A stretch of DNA of 57,732 nt, the filler included, from Sphacelaria rigidula (taxonomy: Eukaryota), in the NCBI GenBank assembly GCA_964200075.2. It is 2 parts of 2 records of this genome, joined end to end, with 100 filler letters (N's around TTAATTAATTAA, not from the genome) between each part and the next. Parts side by side here need not be neighbours in the genome. Positions count along the whole stretch, not along the records: positions 1 to 28,850 come from CAXNAA020000093.1; positions 28,951 to 57,732 come from CAXNAA020000094.1. One strand, written 5' to 3'. Positions 25,801 through 35,100 of this stretch are shown here, one piece after another. The translations under genes and the position numbers were made by a program. A model generated the notes under the pieces. The model had not been told where the DNA came from, did not search any database, and saw only the letters and a list, made by a program, of their open reading frames with translations. How positions within the stretch are numbered: position 1 is the stretch's first letter; every line of letters begins with the position of its first letter.

Positions 25801-28309
25801 CATAATGCATGTATGGTGCTGCGTTTTGTAGCCGCTGCTGCATATGCGCAGGGTAGCACTCATTGCATACAAACATATTGTACACGTGGTGCAGAACACA
25901 GTGCTGCAGACTGCCAAGCAGATACGGCGTTAGGAATGTTTGCGCAAGTGAGAGGGGAAATCAGTTTGCGTGAGCCCCTGTTCTACTGGATCACTCTCGA
26001 CCATATAGTAGTGCACTACGCCCTTGCTGCGATGTGTATGTTGCGCAGACAACGCTCTGACGCAGACCTGGACGCCTTGCGCAAACCACTGAGCAACCGA
26101 GCTATGACGTGAGACGTGAGATTCGCCCTTTGAAGGCAACACGTATCTTGGTCTGTATGAGCCGCTGTTCAATTGCGCAGTGCAGCAATACCAACTCTAC
26201 GATACTGTTCAAACAGCAACCCTACGGCACATGCTGTGCTGTGTGTACACGTTGTGTACACAAGCCGCAGAATTGCACACGCTGTGCGTACCATTGGGTA
26301 TCCAACCACAACGTGAAACGGGTCACCATGAGTAAGGACGTGCTAGTTTGTCAAATGGTCTTCCAGCAGAGATAATATTTTTTTTCAAAATATTTCCCTC
26401 AATAACCAGAAGCGTGGATACGATAAAATGGAATCAACCACGAGGGTGCTTTCAACTATCGTTTCAGGGCTAGAAGCAATAAACAAACAATTGTTTGGGG
26501 GGATTGGCAGTAATTCCACCATGTCTTGCACAGGGTGGCATATGGGAATGAGGACACTTCCGATGCAAAAAAATCAGAGTACCGCGAGACTAAATGACTA
26601 AATGACACCATACGAAACTCTGTCAACGAACATGAACCAGACACAGTCAACACCGTTTTGCCCATGTACCGATCATCGTAAAATCATTGGAGAGAAACAC
26701 AAACCCCGCTATTTCTCACTTGGAATTGCTGTCAGCGACCCCTCCGGCTGCCGTGGAAACATTGCCGTCCTCGTCTAAAACGACTATCCTGCTTCCCGAG
26801 GTGGCAAGCTGCTTTTCGAGATCGTTCATGTACGCCCTGTCAGTCAGCGAGACACCGCGAAACAAATGCAATTTCAGTACTATGCAGAATTTGTGCAGTC
26901 CTTCAAGCGCCACTCACCAAGGGAATCTCTACTGTGTGCTACAATCGAACACAGTAATGAAATGAACGAATAGAAAAGATTCAATACTCCACACGTCTCT
27001 GTTTGCTTGGAGTCACACTTGCATGACGGTATTTTGAAGTGAACATAGCTTCTCAAACGACAGTACTGCAGTGAATATCTACCGTAGGTATTACCACTGT
27101 GCACCGTGAAAGAGCCTTATCGACTACACCCGGTAAATCTTTCCTCAGGCGCATGTATTCTCAGTCACTTCAAATTCAATGTTCAACCTTCACCGCCCCT
27201 TACTATTGGTCCCCCTCAGATGCCTTCGATAAAACAGATCGTTCCCTGGTTGGTTATCGTTTTATGATCACACTGCTGTATGGATCAAGGCAACGGGCAT
27301 GTGCTAAATAAATAGCTCCCACGAAGAGGCAGGTAGGAGTGGTGTACAACTCCTCAGTTTGTTGGGCCCGTTTGAATAACGATCGTGACAAAAATGCAGT
27401 GTACACCTTGTCTTTCTCGATACATCACACACGGTCCTTCGATTATGGATCATGGCACCGGGTACACGGGTGTACATCATGACAAGAGGCACGTGCGCGA
27501 CTGGCCTCTCGAATAGTAACACTGTTGCTTGTATGATGGATCGTGGAAAACAGGGATGCACATATTGAAATCGCTCCTCTCCATAAAAGTTGTTCAGACG
27601 ATGGGTCATGGGTCATGGCAGTACAGTAGTGTGCGGTCTAACTATTTAGAGGTGGTTTTCCTCGCCTACTGCTCTTCGATAGAACTCGAAATTGCTTGCG
27701 TCGGTAGATTTTGGTACAACGAAACAGATCATCTTCGAAACACAGTGCTCAAGTGGGTTTTATTTGGTGTTATCGGGCGAAACGAGTAAATACCCCGTTC
27801 ATCAGGAGGGTGTTGTTGACCGTGAAACACAGTTTTTCGGCCCTAGTACACTGAGTAGGCATAATATAAAAAACGTGAAACTGTACATTTTTTTGCAAAT
27901 ATGATCGGGACGACGGGCTCGATCGACCGGAAATACAGAAGAGTAAGAATCTGGGCTGGGACGTGGCAGGACCCCTGATGACCGATCAGCCCGTAGGTCA
28001 CTCAGTATTGAGTACAGATGATTTTTTCTTCTTGGAATGTGGAGCGGATACAAATATCTTGAGATCCCCGATGTGATAAAGGGTGGCAAGCGAAAAGAGC
28101 CCAAGAAAATCGCCAAGTACGAAAAAATCACAAAATGCCACAAAATGAACAGTTAGACCGCCCACTACTGTACACAGGCGCACGACTTACTTCTCAGCCG
28201 CCGAGAGGGATAGCAGACCCGGAGATAGCTGTGGCAGAATACCGTCCAGCGTCATTGTGCCGGTCGACAACAGCACCGCGCAGAGCACGTACAGTGACCG
28301 GGGGGTGAT
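981..28309 (-). CDS. THOC2: THO complex subunit 2 (Tho2/THOC2), multi-exon, 5'-truncated at the assembly spacer
   Basis: 27 phase-consistent exons: 28191-28309, 26720-26836, 22192-22251, 21378-21515, 20226-20373, 19220-19375, 18481-18795, 17301-17804, 16625-16764, 15822-15968, 15053-15185, 12591-12887, 12209-12319, 11773-11862, 11205-11344, 10454-10609, 9516-9657, 9107-9219, 8406-8519, 8032-8135, 7019-7080, 5837-5923, 4406-4537, 3822-3901, 2763-3306, 2185-2508, 981-1829 (5322 nt, TGA at 981-983). Motifs collinear with THOC2: TPRSLYVLCAVLL, NQMFGVLEALL, GPHIGRDPVMFARVCR, YEDRFLLYGAW, KLGKASHAHP, SYDNFITMIADSLRY, WITNLATFGG, PHLKVLGHRSD, FWALSLSDVYVP, PEEAYFCSKFF, TQYEAASLGFFL. Confidence 0.93.
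5110..5626. mobile_element. MITE-like element (~517 bp) with the same body as 27624-28170 in inverted orientation but different TIRs
   Basis: Left TA+CGGTACCCCACGTTCGGAGTGGG; right CCCATTTGGAACGTGGGG(GTGGGG)TACC. Shared internal blocks include TTGGCGATTTTCTTGGG, GGGGTCCTGCCAC and TTCGAGTTCTATCGAAGAG. Confidence 0.75.
6321..6397 (-). repeat. tRNA-like element, second family, copy 1
   Basis: B box GAGTTCGAATCC followed by CGACACATGG and a T-run; similar to 7728-7803. Confidence 0.55.
7728..7803 (-). repeat. tRNA-like element, second family, copy 2
   Basis: GCCCTGGTGGTCTTGACTG...GGCGGAAGGTCGGGGGTACGAACCCCGACACATG, then a T-rich tail; shares GTCTTG, GGCGGA and CCCGACACATG with 6321-6397. Confidence 0.55.
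11546..11606 (-). pseudogene. Possible degenerate tRNA-Asp-like relic
   Basis: TTATTATGTGGGTATGATGTCACCGGCTGCTGTCAACCAGAAACGTGGGGCTCGATTCC loosely parallels tRNA-Asp(GTC) (CTGTCA loop, GGxTCGATTCC); stems are degraded. Confidence 0.3.
14689..14773. repeat. Dispersed ~80-bp repeat, copy 1
   Basis: GGGGGGGTGTACTCAT...AGACCATTGACCTCGCATCCCT.CAAAG.CGGGACGGAGCACG recurs in the same orientation at 22378-22454. Confidence 0.85.
15053..17804 (-). CDS. THOC2: THOC2 central conserved exons (Thoc2 domain region)
   Basis: Exons 17301-17804, 16625-16764, 15822-15968, 15053-15185 join to ...DYEDRFLLYGAW...FKLGKASHAHPLVFAEKVLNQLESYDNFITMIADSLRYVSNSLGLDCVAY...TLERWITNLATFGG, matching the THOC2 GKLSHSNP...YDNLITPVVDSLKY...WLQSLASFCG pattern. 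Confidence 0.92.
19705..19731. repeat. Interstitial telomere-like (CCCTAA)n degenerate repeat
   Basis: CTAACC CTAACC CTAACA CTAACT CTA. Confidence 0.7.
22378..22454. repeat. Dispersed ~80-bp repeat, copy 2
   Basis: Direct copy of 14689-14773 with a short internal deletion. Confidence 0.85.
23633..23714 (-). repeat. tRNA-Pro-like SINE head / tRNA-like element, copy 1
   Basis: Minus strand GCCCCGGTGGTGTAATGG (A box)...TTAGGGTGGAGAG...GGTTCGATTCCC (B box), followed by a T-run; the acceptor stem does not pair. Confidence 0.7.
23735..23762. repeat. (TGTACGA)4 tandem repeat
   Basis: Direct reading. Confidence 0.85.
24180..26110 (+). mobile_element. Highly degenerate Ty1/copia pol relic in the 4468-bp THOC2 intron
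   Basis: Eroded motifs in copia order: PQLPHLRV (24669, cf. PDLxHLRV), YNPATSRI (24854), GRQVLGAKWV (VLGAKWV at 25019), MRGVKQ (25491, cf. LYGLKQ), YTD (25772), CTRGAEHSA (cf. STTEAEYVA), HIVVHY...DALRKPL (cf. HIDVRYH...ADILTKPL). Frameshifted; no LTRs recognised. Confidence 0.5.
27624..28170. mobile_element. Tc1/mariner-type MITE (547 bp) in a THOC2 intron
   Basis: TIRs CAGTAGTGTGCGGTCTAACT (27624-27643) and AGTTAGACCGCCCACTACTG (28151-28170), 1 mismatch in 20, flanked by TA on both sides; body homologous to 5140-5580. Confidence 0.85.
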
Positions 28310-28850
28310 CTGCAGGTTTCGAGAGCAGGGATAACATTCGAAGCGGAACGTATCCAGCATTTTGGTGAATGTAAAACGGGTAAATCATGCAGGAGAGCAT
28401 GAGCTTGCCCAAAAATATGATAATGGGAGCATGAGCATGTGCAGGCACCGAGGTGCCATGCGATCTTTGCACTTTCTTGTCACATGAGACAACACTTATA
28501 GCAGAATAATGAAAACATCTCACCAATCAGCTCAGTGTAGATGTGCACGTGACGGTTGCTAGTCCGGTGACTACAGTAGTTCTTGTACTGAACTTCGATA
28601 CGAGCTGGGCCAGCCTAGAGACGGATTTGAAGTTTGCAGGCCCATGCTCTCTTATACATTTAGAGTTGGGCCCTGAAATTTGGTATCGACAATGCATAAG
28701 GCATGAAAAACAAAATTACTTCGGTACCAAAAGATTTTTTTTTCTCATGAGTTAGGGGCATTTTACTGATACCTGAAAACCGATTATTGCTCTTAACCAT
28801 TTGGGAACCCTCCCCTCCCGTCCCCGGGCCAGACGCCTCATTATGACAAG

Positions 28851-28950
28851 NNNNNNNNNNNNNNNNNNNNNNNNNNNNNNNNNNNNNNNNNNNNTTAATT
28901 AATTAANNNNNNNNNNNNNNNNNNNNNNNNNNNNNNNNNNNNNNNNNNNN
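28851..28950. other. Artificial scaffold/contig spacer (44 N + TTAATTAATTAA + 44 N)
   Basis: Exactly 100 bp and symmetric; TTAATTAATTAA (28895-28906) puts stop codons in all six frames, a standard concatenation linker. Confidence 0.97.
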
Positions 28951-29025
28951 CCCAACGCATCGGGAATCGAACCCTCCTTCTCTGCACCCTAATGGCGACA
29001 GTCGACCCATTACACCACCGGGGCG
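28951..29025 (-). repeat. tRNA-Pro-like SINE head / tRNA-like element, copy 2 (abuts the spacer)
   Basis: Highly similar to 23633-23714; the TTAGGGTGCAGAGA arm resembles tRNA-Pro(AGG); A and B boxes present. Confidence 0.7.
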
Positions 29026-29149
29026 CGGCGGCCGTCACTATCCTCACCGATGCCGAGAACTTCGCTCGGAGCTGTTTGGAATGGATACTCACGACCCTAT
29101 TCACTGTCTACTTCCTGGGCGGGTGGAACGTTGCACTCGCTCCCCTCAC

Positions 29150-32100
29150 CTCGTTGCCCCCATCACTGTAGCCTCCCCCTCAGCTGACAAGACTCGGTCT
29201 CCGATTCCGAGGTCGAAAAAATCCGCCCGTGCTCGCTCCGACGCGTCCAGACGCACCGGCGTGCACACGTGCGACGAAGGAAGCGACCTCCCACGATGAC
29301 CGCTCAACCGTTTCTCGAAGTCCGAGAGGATGCTCTCCGTCAATTTTCTACCGCGCGGGCTTTCGAAGCCGCGAGGTTCGCTCAGGATTTCGAGGACTTC
29401 GAGGCTCCTGGTTGCTCGCCGGATAACGCACTCTGCGGAAAAGGTCCCGTGAAGCGCTACGTAATCTGCTGGTAGCAGCTCCAGGCCATCTATTCCAGAC
29501 CGTACCCCGATCCCCTGCGCTTCACCACCGTCTCCGTCGGCGGCATGTTTCACGGTTGACGTCGTTGTTGGTGTGTAGGTCGCATGTAGTTCTGGCGGCA
29601 ACAGCGTCAGCTGGTCGTGCCTGAGAGTATGTAGTTTGCGTACATGGTATGGAGCAGATGACACATGAAAGCGCAGAGGGTGTGACATGCCTTGCGTTGA
29701 TGATGAGATAAGGATATGAGTCACATAGCTCATCGTAAAAGATCGCATATTTTTACTACTTATCTCATTAAACGTCATTTCCTTCCATCATCGTGCGTGT
29801 CGGAAGTCGTGCCTGCGAAATATTACAGATTGGATGGCATTGAGAGGACTTGACTCGTTCCGGAGGCATCGCACGAGGTGTCATCGTGCTTTGCTCTGAC
29901 CTGTTGTACATCGAAAAGGCTGGGTAGAGCATTCCTTCTAGTCCCTGCACCGCCACTCCGAGATCCCGACCGTTCCGTGCAAATCTCAGCGTACCAAGGC
30001 CCATATCGAGACTCACTCCGATTGTGTCTCCTTCTCGAAAGAGTTCACCATAGGATCGTACCTGATCAGGCGTCGGCAAGAATGCATGAGGTCGTAAGGA
30101 CAGGCATATGTATTACCCGGACGAGTAAAAAGTCTCGCTCCACCCACATGTTCCGCCAGTGAAAGTGGTTTCCGCGGATTTGTAAATGTAGGGGCACACA
30201 TCCAGAGGTAAACGTTGGGGTTACGCACGTCACTCCGTGCCCGGCGCGACACACCTTACTCTTGTTATGCCAGATGGCCTTGTTGGCCAGGTATCCCCAC
30301 CCTGTCCTGTCACTGCCGACGTAATTGTTCAGCTTCGATTCCGCCGAAACCACTCCAACAAATACATTTTTCGACACACACCTGCGACGTCGTTTCCAGA
30401 AGAGATCATTAGTATACAACTGCGGGAAGAGTCGGCACATCGAACTTTCCCGTGGCGAGGCGGAGTCGTGCCTTTTTCAACGTTTGCAAACGAGAAGGGA
30501 TGGACAGTGACAACCCCGGCGTGATTAGGTTGCTGCAAGGCACGCGCGCCAAAGTCCTGTGCCAGAAACGCTATAAGAGTGGTAGGACGAGGAGGGACCA
30601 GAGCCAAGATCGACCACCGCCAAAGAGGGGCGTCCTACTGGTAGAGGGGTGCCTAACCTGTCGATCCTCACTTTCCAGCTATGCACGCCAGAGGCGAAGC
30701 CAAGAGTAGTGCGCACCGCACTCCATTTTTTTCGACAAGAGTTCGTAACAGTAAGGTTTGAGTTCGACAGCCGAAGGTTGGGCCCACAGCACTCAGCATC
30801 GAGCATAAACGGAACTGCCGGTGGTGTAGCGACGCTTACGGTGGCCACAAGCTCCCACTCCCCCACCACCCCTGTCATTGAATCTTTTGACATGTAGCAG
30901 GGTTGCTGCGATTTACGGCTCCCTCTTGACGAGTGCCACACCCAGCTTTCTCCATCCATGGCGTAAGTTTGCGCCTTGTTGTCACCGGCGGGGAAAAAGT
31001 TGCTGCGGTTGCCGTGGCTTCTTCGCTGCTGCCCCGCCACCACTCTCGTCGACGATGTAAGGCTCGTTTTCCCGTTCGCACGACCCTCGTCGGTTTGAAT
31101 GTCGGTGCCGCCCTCTGAGTACGCGGACGATCCACCGCCGCCTTGGCTTCGTTCCGGTCCGGTAACGGCACTCGAGGCACCATCCGCGGTATCCGTTTCT
31201 GGGGGGTTCCCGGAAGAGTCGCTAGAGCTGCCCTCGTGTCCGGCTGTCGCCGGCGGGAAACACGACTCATCGTCATCATCATCATCGTCCGAGTTATCTC
31301 CGTCAAATCCAGACGCAACAGTTGTGGTGGGAGGTCCGCCAGACAAAAGTGCTCCGCGCTGCTCTAGGCTGAACTTGTAGTGGGTGTCGGGTGTTAGGTC
31401 GTGCACGGTGAAACAGTCATGATCATCGAGGTCGACCGCTGCGATCTTGGAAGGCTCTGCTCCCCAAAGACCCACAGCGGCAACCTGAAACAAGAACACA
31501 GAAAGTGCTATAAAGATGTGAGTCCTACTATTCGTCATTCTCCAGTACCATATGTCCTCGTATAGAGAAAGCTCATTACTGTTTCCCGTGACGAGCGATA
31601 ACAATGCTGTTTCGAGAGCAACAACACCGATATGTATCCACTAGAGAGCTGGTGCTGTATGAGTATTGTGACGTCAGAGTAGCCCTTCTGGTGGTCAACT
31701 TAGACTATTCCGACACAAGTGCATATCCGACAGCTCTCACCTTGAGTACCACGCCTAGACCATGACGTCGGCCGCCTGCGTGTCTTGCTTTAGCGCGGAG
31801 TACCTGCACCAAAGTAGACGCCCGGCTTCCGCTCCCGTGGCCGGCTTGGTGGGTTGTTGTACATATCGAACCGTCTCCATCAGCCCCAGCTACCAAGTCT
31901 GAGGGGTCTTCATGCCAGCCACCCCAGCTCAGCGTCACAGACGTGGCCGTTACGGTCTCGATGAACATCCGCGTGGTGTCCGTGGACGCAGTATTTTCAG
32001 ACACTGAACACCCCGGCAGATTCGAGAGCGCTGACGGCTCGCTGTCGGCGGTACCTGGTCGCCTCGGTCCCACTACTTGTGTATTCGTCGGGTGATCTAC

Positions 32101-35100
32101 TTCGAAAACGTCACCTGCGCCTCCGGGTCCGGCCACAAAAGGTGTGGCAGCGTCCCAGCTCTCCTCGGTTTGACGCCAGGCATAAGTCGGCAAGTTATCA
32201 AACACAAAGGGAGAGTCTATACCCGGTTGGGGTTCGGTCGTACCCCACACACTGTCCGGCACGTGATATTTCTCGGTGCTGCCCTCGTCGCCTAGAGCCT
32301 TCTTTCGTAGCTGCCATTGCACTAGGAGCTCGAGCTGACTCTTGAGCAAAGGAGACGAGAGGTTTCGCATGGAGGCCCCGCTTCGAAGCTGCTCTGAAAA
32401 GGCTCTCGCAACCGCACGCTCCTGCGAGGGCAAAACATACCCACCGTTTTGAGGCTGTGTTTGATCCACATGGCCGTTGTGCGTCTCCTCTGGGGTCGTT
32501 TCCGTGCGATTTTGTCCTTCTCTCACTTCCGAGCGCCTTTGATCATGCTCAGATACGGAAGCATCTGAAAGAGAGAGATCGAGCATGCTGGCGCACAGGG
32601 AGTACGCTGAACACCGTAACGCGGCGTTGTAGCGCCTCGAGGATGCGGAAAGGAGAACAGCTGTGAACGCGCGTGACGACCAAGCGGTGCTGAGCGCCAC
32701 GCTCAATGATGGTGTCGCATGATGGTCGACTTTGCCACAAATACTGTGGCGCATTGATGAATCGCTCGGAGGCAGTGTACATGAGGAGACGGCAGAATTT
32801 TCGTCAGCCGTGCGATTTGGAAAATATTGATCGATTTCCCTATTTTTGCGGGTGAGCCCCGTCACCGTCTCCACAATCCACATCGCCCACAACAAAGTTG
32901 GCTGTTCGCGCTCGCCCCCGGGCTCTCCGGCGCAAAGAGGTGAATAGATCGGCCTTCCCGGAGTCGGACTCTCCATATGTGAGCACTGCTCGAAATGCGA
33001 AACAGCCTGTTTTATCACTGATGTAAGGAACGAAGATAGCTCTGTCCGATCGCCGGTCTCATCGGGTGATCGGGTGGTCGACAACCAATTTTCTTGCGGT
33101 TGCCTTGACAAGGGTCGAAGAGATGCAGTACCACGTCCAGGACATGATGCTTTTCCGGGATTTGCCGCAAGCTGCAACAGCGAGCGCACGGCCAATGCGC
33201 AAGATCTAGACAAGGAATATACGTAAGCGCCGCACGCACACCGTGAATGTTTTTCAGTTGAGTATATTCCACGTATAAAAAGAAACGAAAGTCACAGGCA
33301 CACGGTCATTTTCCTTCACTGTACCGTAGATTCAAACGTTATGGGAAGCATGCTTGTCACATAAGCGAAACGGCGCACGGGTTTGAAGCGTCGCTGTTCC
33401 CGCAAATCTCATAACTCACCACAATATGTTATGTAAGGAAGCACCTAACTCCGGAAAATATATTTGCAAGTTTGGCTACTGCTTACTTGGCAGCTCACCC
33501 TGGTAATAGTCCCATCGGGTAGGCAGCGTTTGCGTACTGGAAGATTGGTTCATGTGGAGAGTCTTCCAAAGCTTCGTTGCGCCCCTTTAGAATAGTATTC
33601 ACCGTTCCCGCCGACATCGACGGCAGTAGCGAGGAGCCATCGCGCCCGCTGTTTAAAAAAGACGCCGAAAGGCAGGGCCTGCGTATGAGACCGTGCATGC
33701 GTCGACTAAATCGTGGTCCTTCATGAAACACCTTCCCACTGATTCCGTGATGTATTCGATTCTGCGGTTTGCAGACGTGAGCTTGACCACGTCATTTAAT
33801 AACGCAGAAGAAATATCGCCGCACTTTCTCCAAGACCTGAGCATGCTTGTGGACAGCAGAAAAAAACATCGAATTTCGTGGTACACCCCCCATCGTAGAC
33901 AGCACTCACCATGCAATCAAGGCTTTCGTAAGGTCGATAAACCGCCGTTGACAATCCGGATGCGCCAGCTCTTGCGCCAACTTCCGCATAATGGTAGTGT
34001 CAAAATCCTCGACTGTCGCACCACTCACCGGGGAGTCGGGCCGAGGCTGACATTTGCGTGGCGGGCTTACGAGTGTGTGCTCAACGTCGACGGGTTGCCC
34101 GCAATTATGTTTTCCCAGTATTTTTTCCCACCACCACGGAAACATATACCCCGGTTGACTGACGCGCATGTGAGAGAGCGGGTGCGGGCACGTTTTATCC
34201 GTGGGGCTGAGAGACACCCTTATATGAGAGAGCAAATTTACCACCGCAGCACGGGCAAACAAGATGGACAAAGCCGTCTCGAGTACGACGCTAAGACGCG
34301 CAAGGTTTCCGTCTTCATCACGCGTGGACAGAGCTGTTGCTAGCAGCTCGCGTGAGGCTCCATACCGAAAATGATTTCTCGCTGCCGGGTACACTGCTGC
34401 CGTGTCGGCCGATTTCCCCGCAAATATAGACGCGGCGGCATCGTTTGATGATGCTGCCTCTGCAGCTTGGGTATTATGTCCTGCTTGAAGCGTCGATGCC
34501 GTTGCTGGTGAGTCACCGTTGCTGCGGGCAAGAAAGCTTTGCCTGATAGCGCGGCATTAGGCGAAGTAAGCGAGGGAGTGAGAGGAAACGGGGCATTGGA
34601 GCGCAGCCAGTCGTCACGGGCGGTCTCACTCTCAACGCTCTCTGGGCGATGAATGAACCAATTTTCCGCCCGCATGACTCTTCTCGAACGGGTCGTGTAC
34701 ATACAGTCCCACCAAATCGTCTCCGACGGAATTCGCCAGTCCCGCTTAAAGGCACAAGCGAAATATACTTCGCTCTCGTTACAATTCGTACATAGTGGGT
34801 GCTCATACATATGGCAGCTAATTTCTGACAGAAACACAGGCTTCAGGGAGGTACGCCCATAACCGGCTCCGTACGCGTCCGGATCAATAAAAAATGGTAA
34901 AGCAGTGTATGTGGAGCGTGTTGTGAAAGTATCACTAACCTGTATATGTCGCGCCAACCACCACCGGTGTCTCCTAGTATTCTCCGCGTGTTTCGCTGGT
35001 CATTCCCATCCATTCCCATGACGTCTCCAACGTAAGCGAATCCGGCGTCGTCGCCTGCTTTGCCTTCGTCGTTGTGCTCGCCTCTGCCACCTACTGTACC

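Noticed and set aside
28951..29025. Functional tRNA-Pro gene
   Set aside because: Acceptor and T stems do not pair, and a diverged dispersed copy exists; treated as a repeat.
28191..29620. Apparent HERC-like/THOC2 fusion gene
   Set aside because: The two parts are separated by an artificial spacer, the flanking splice phases (2 versus 0) do not match, and both proteins are truncated.
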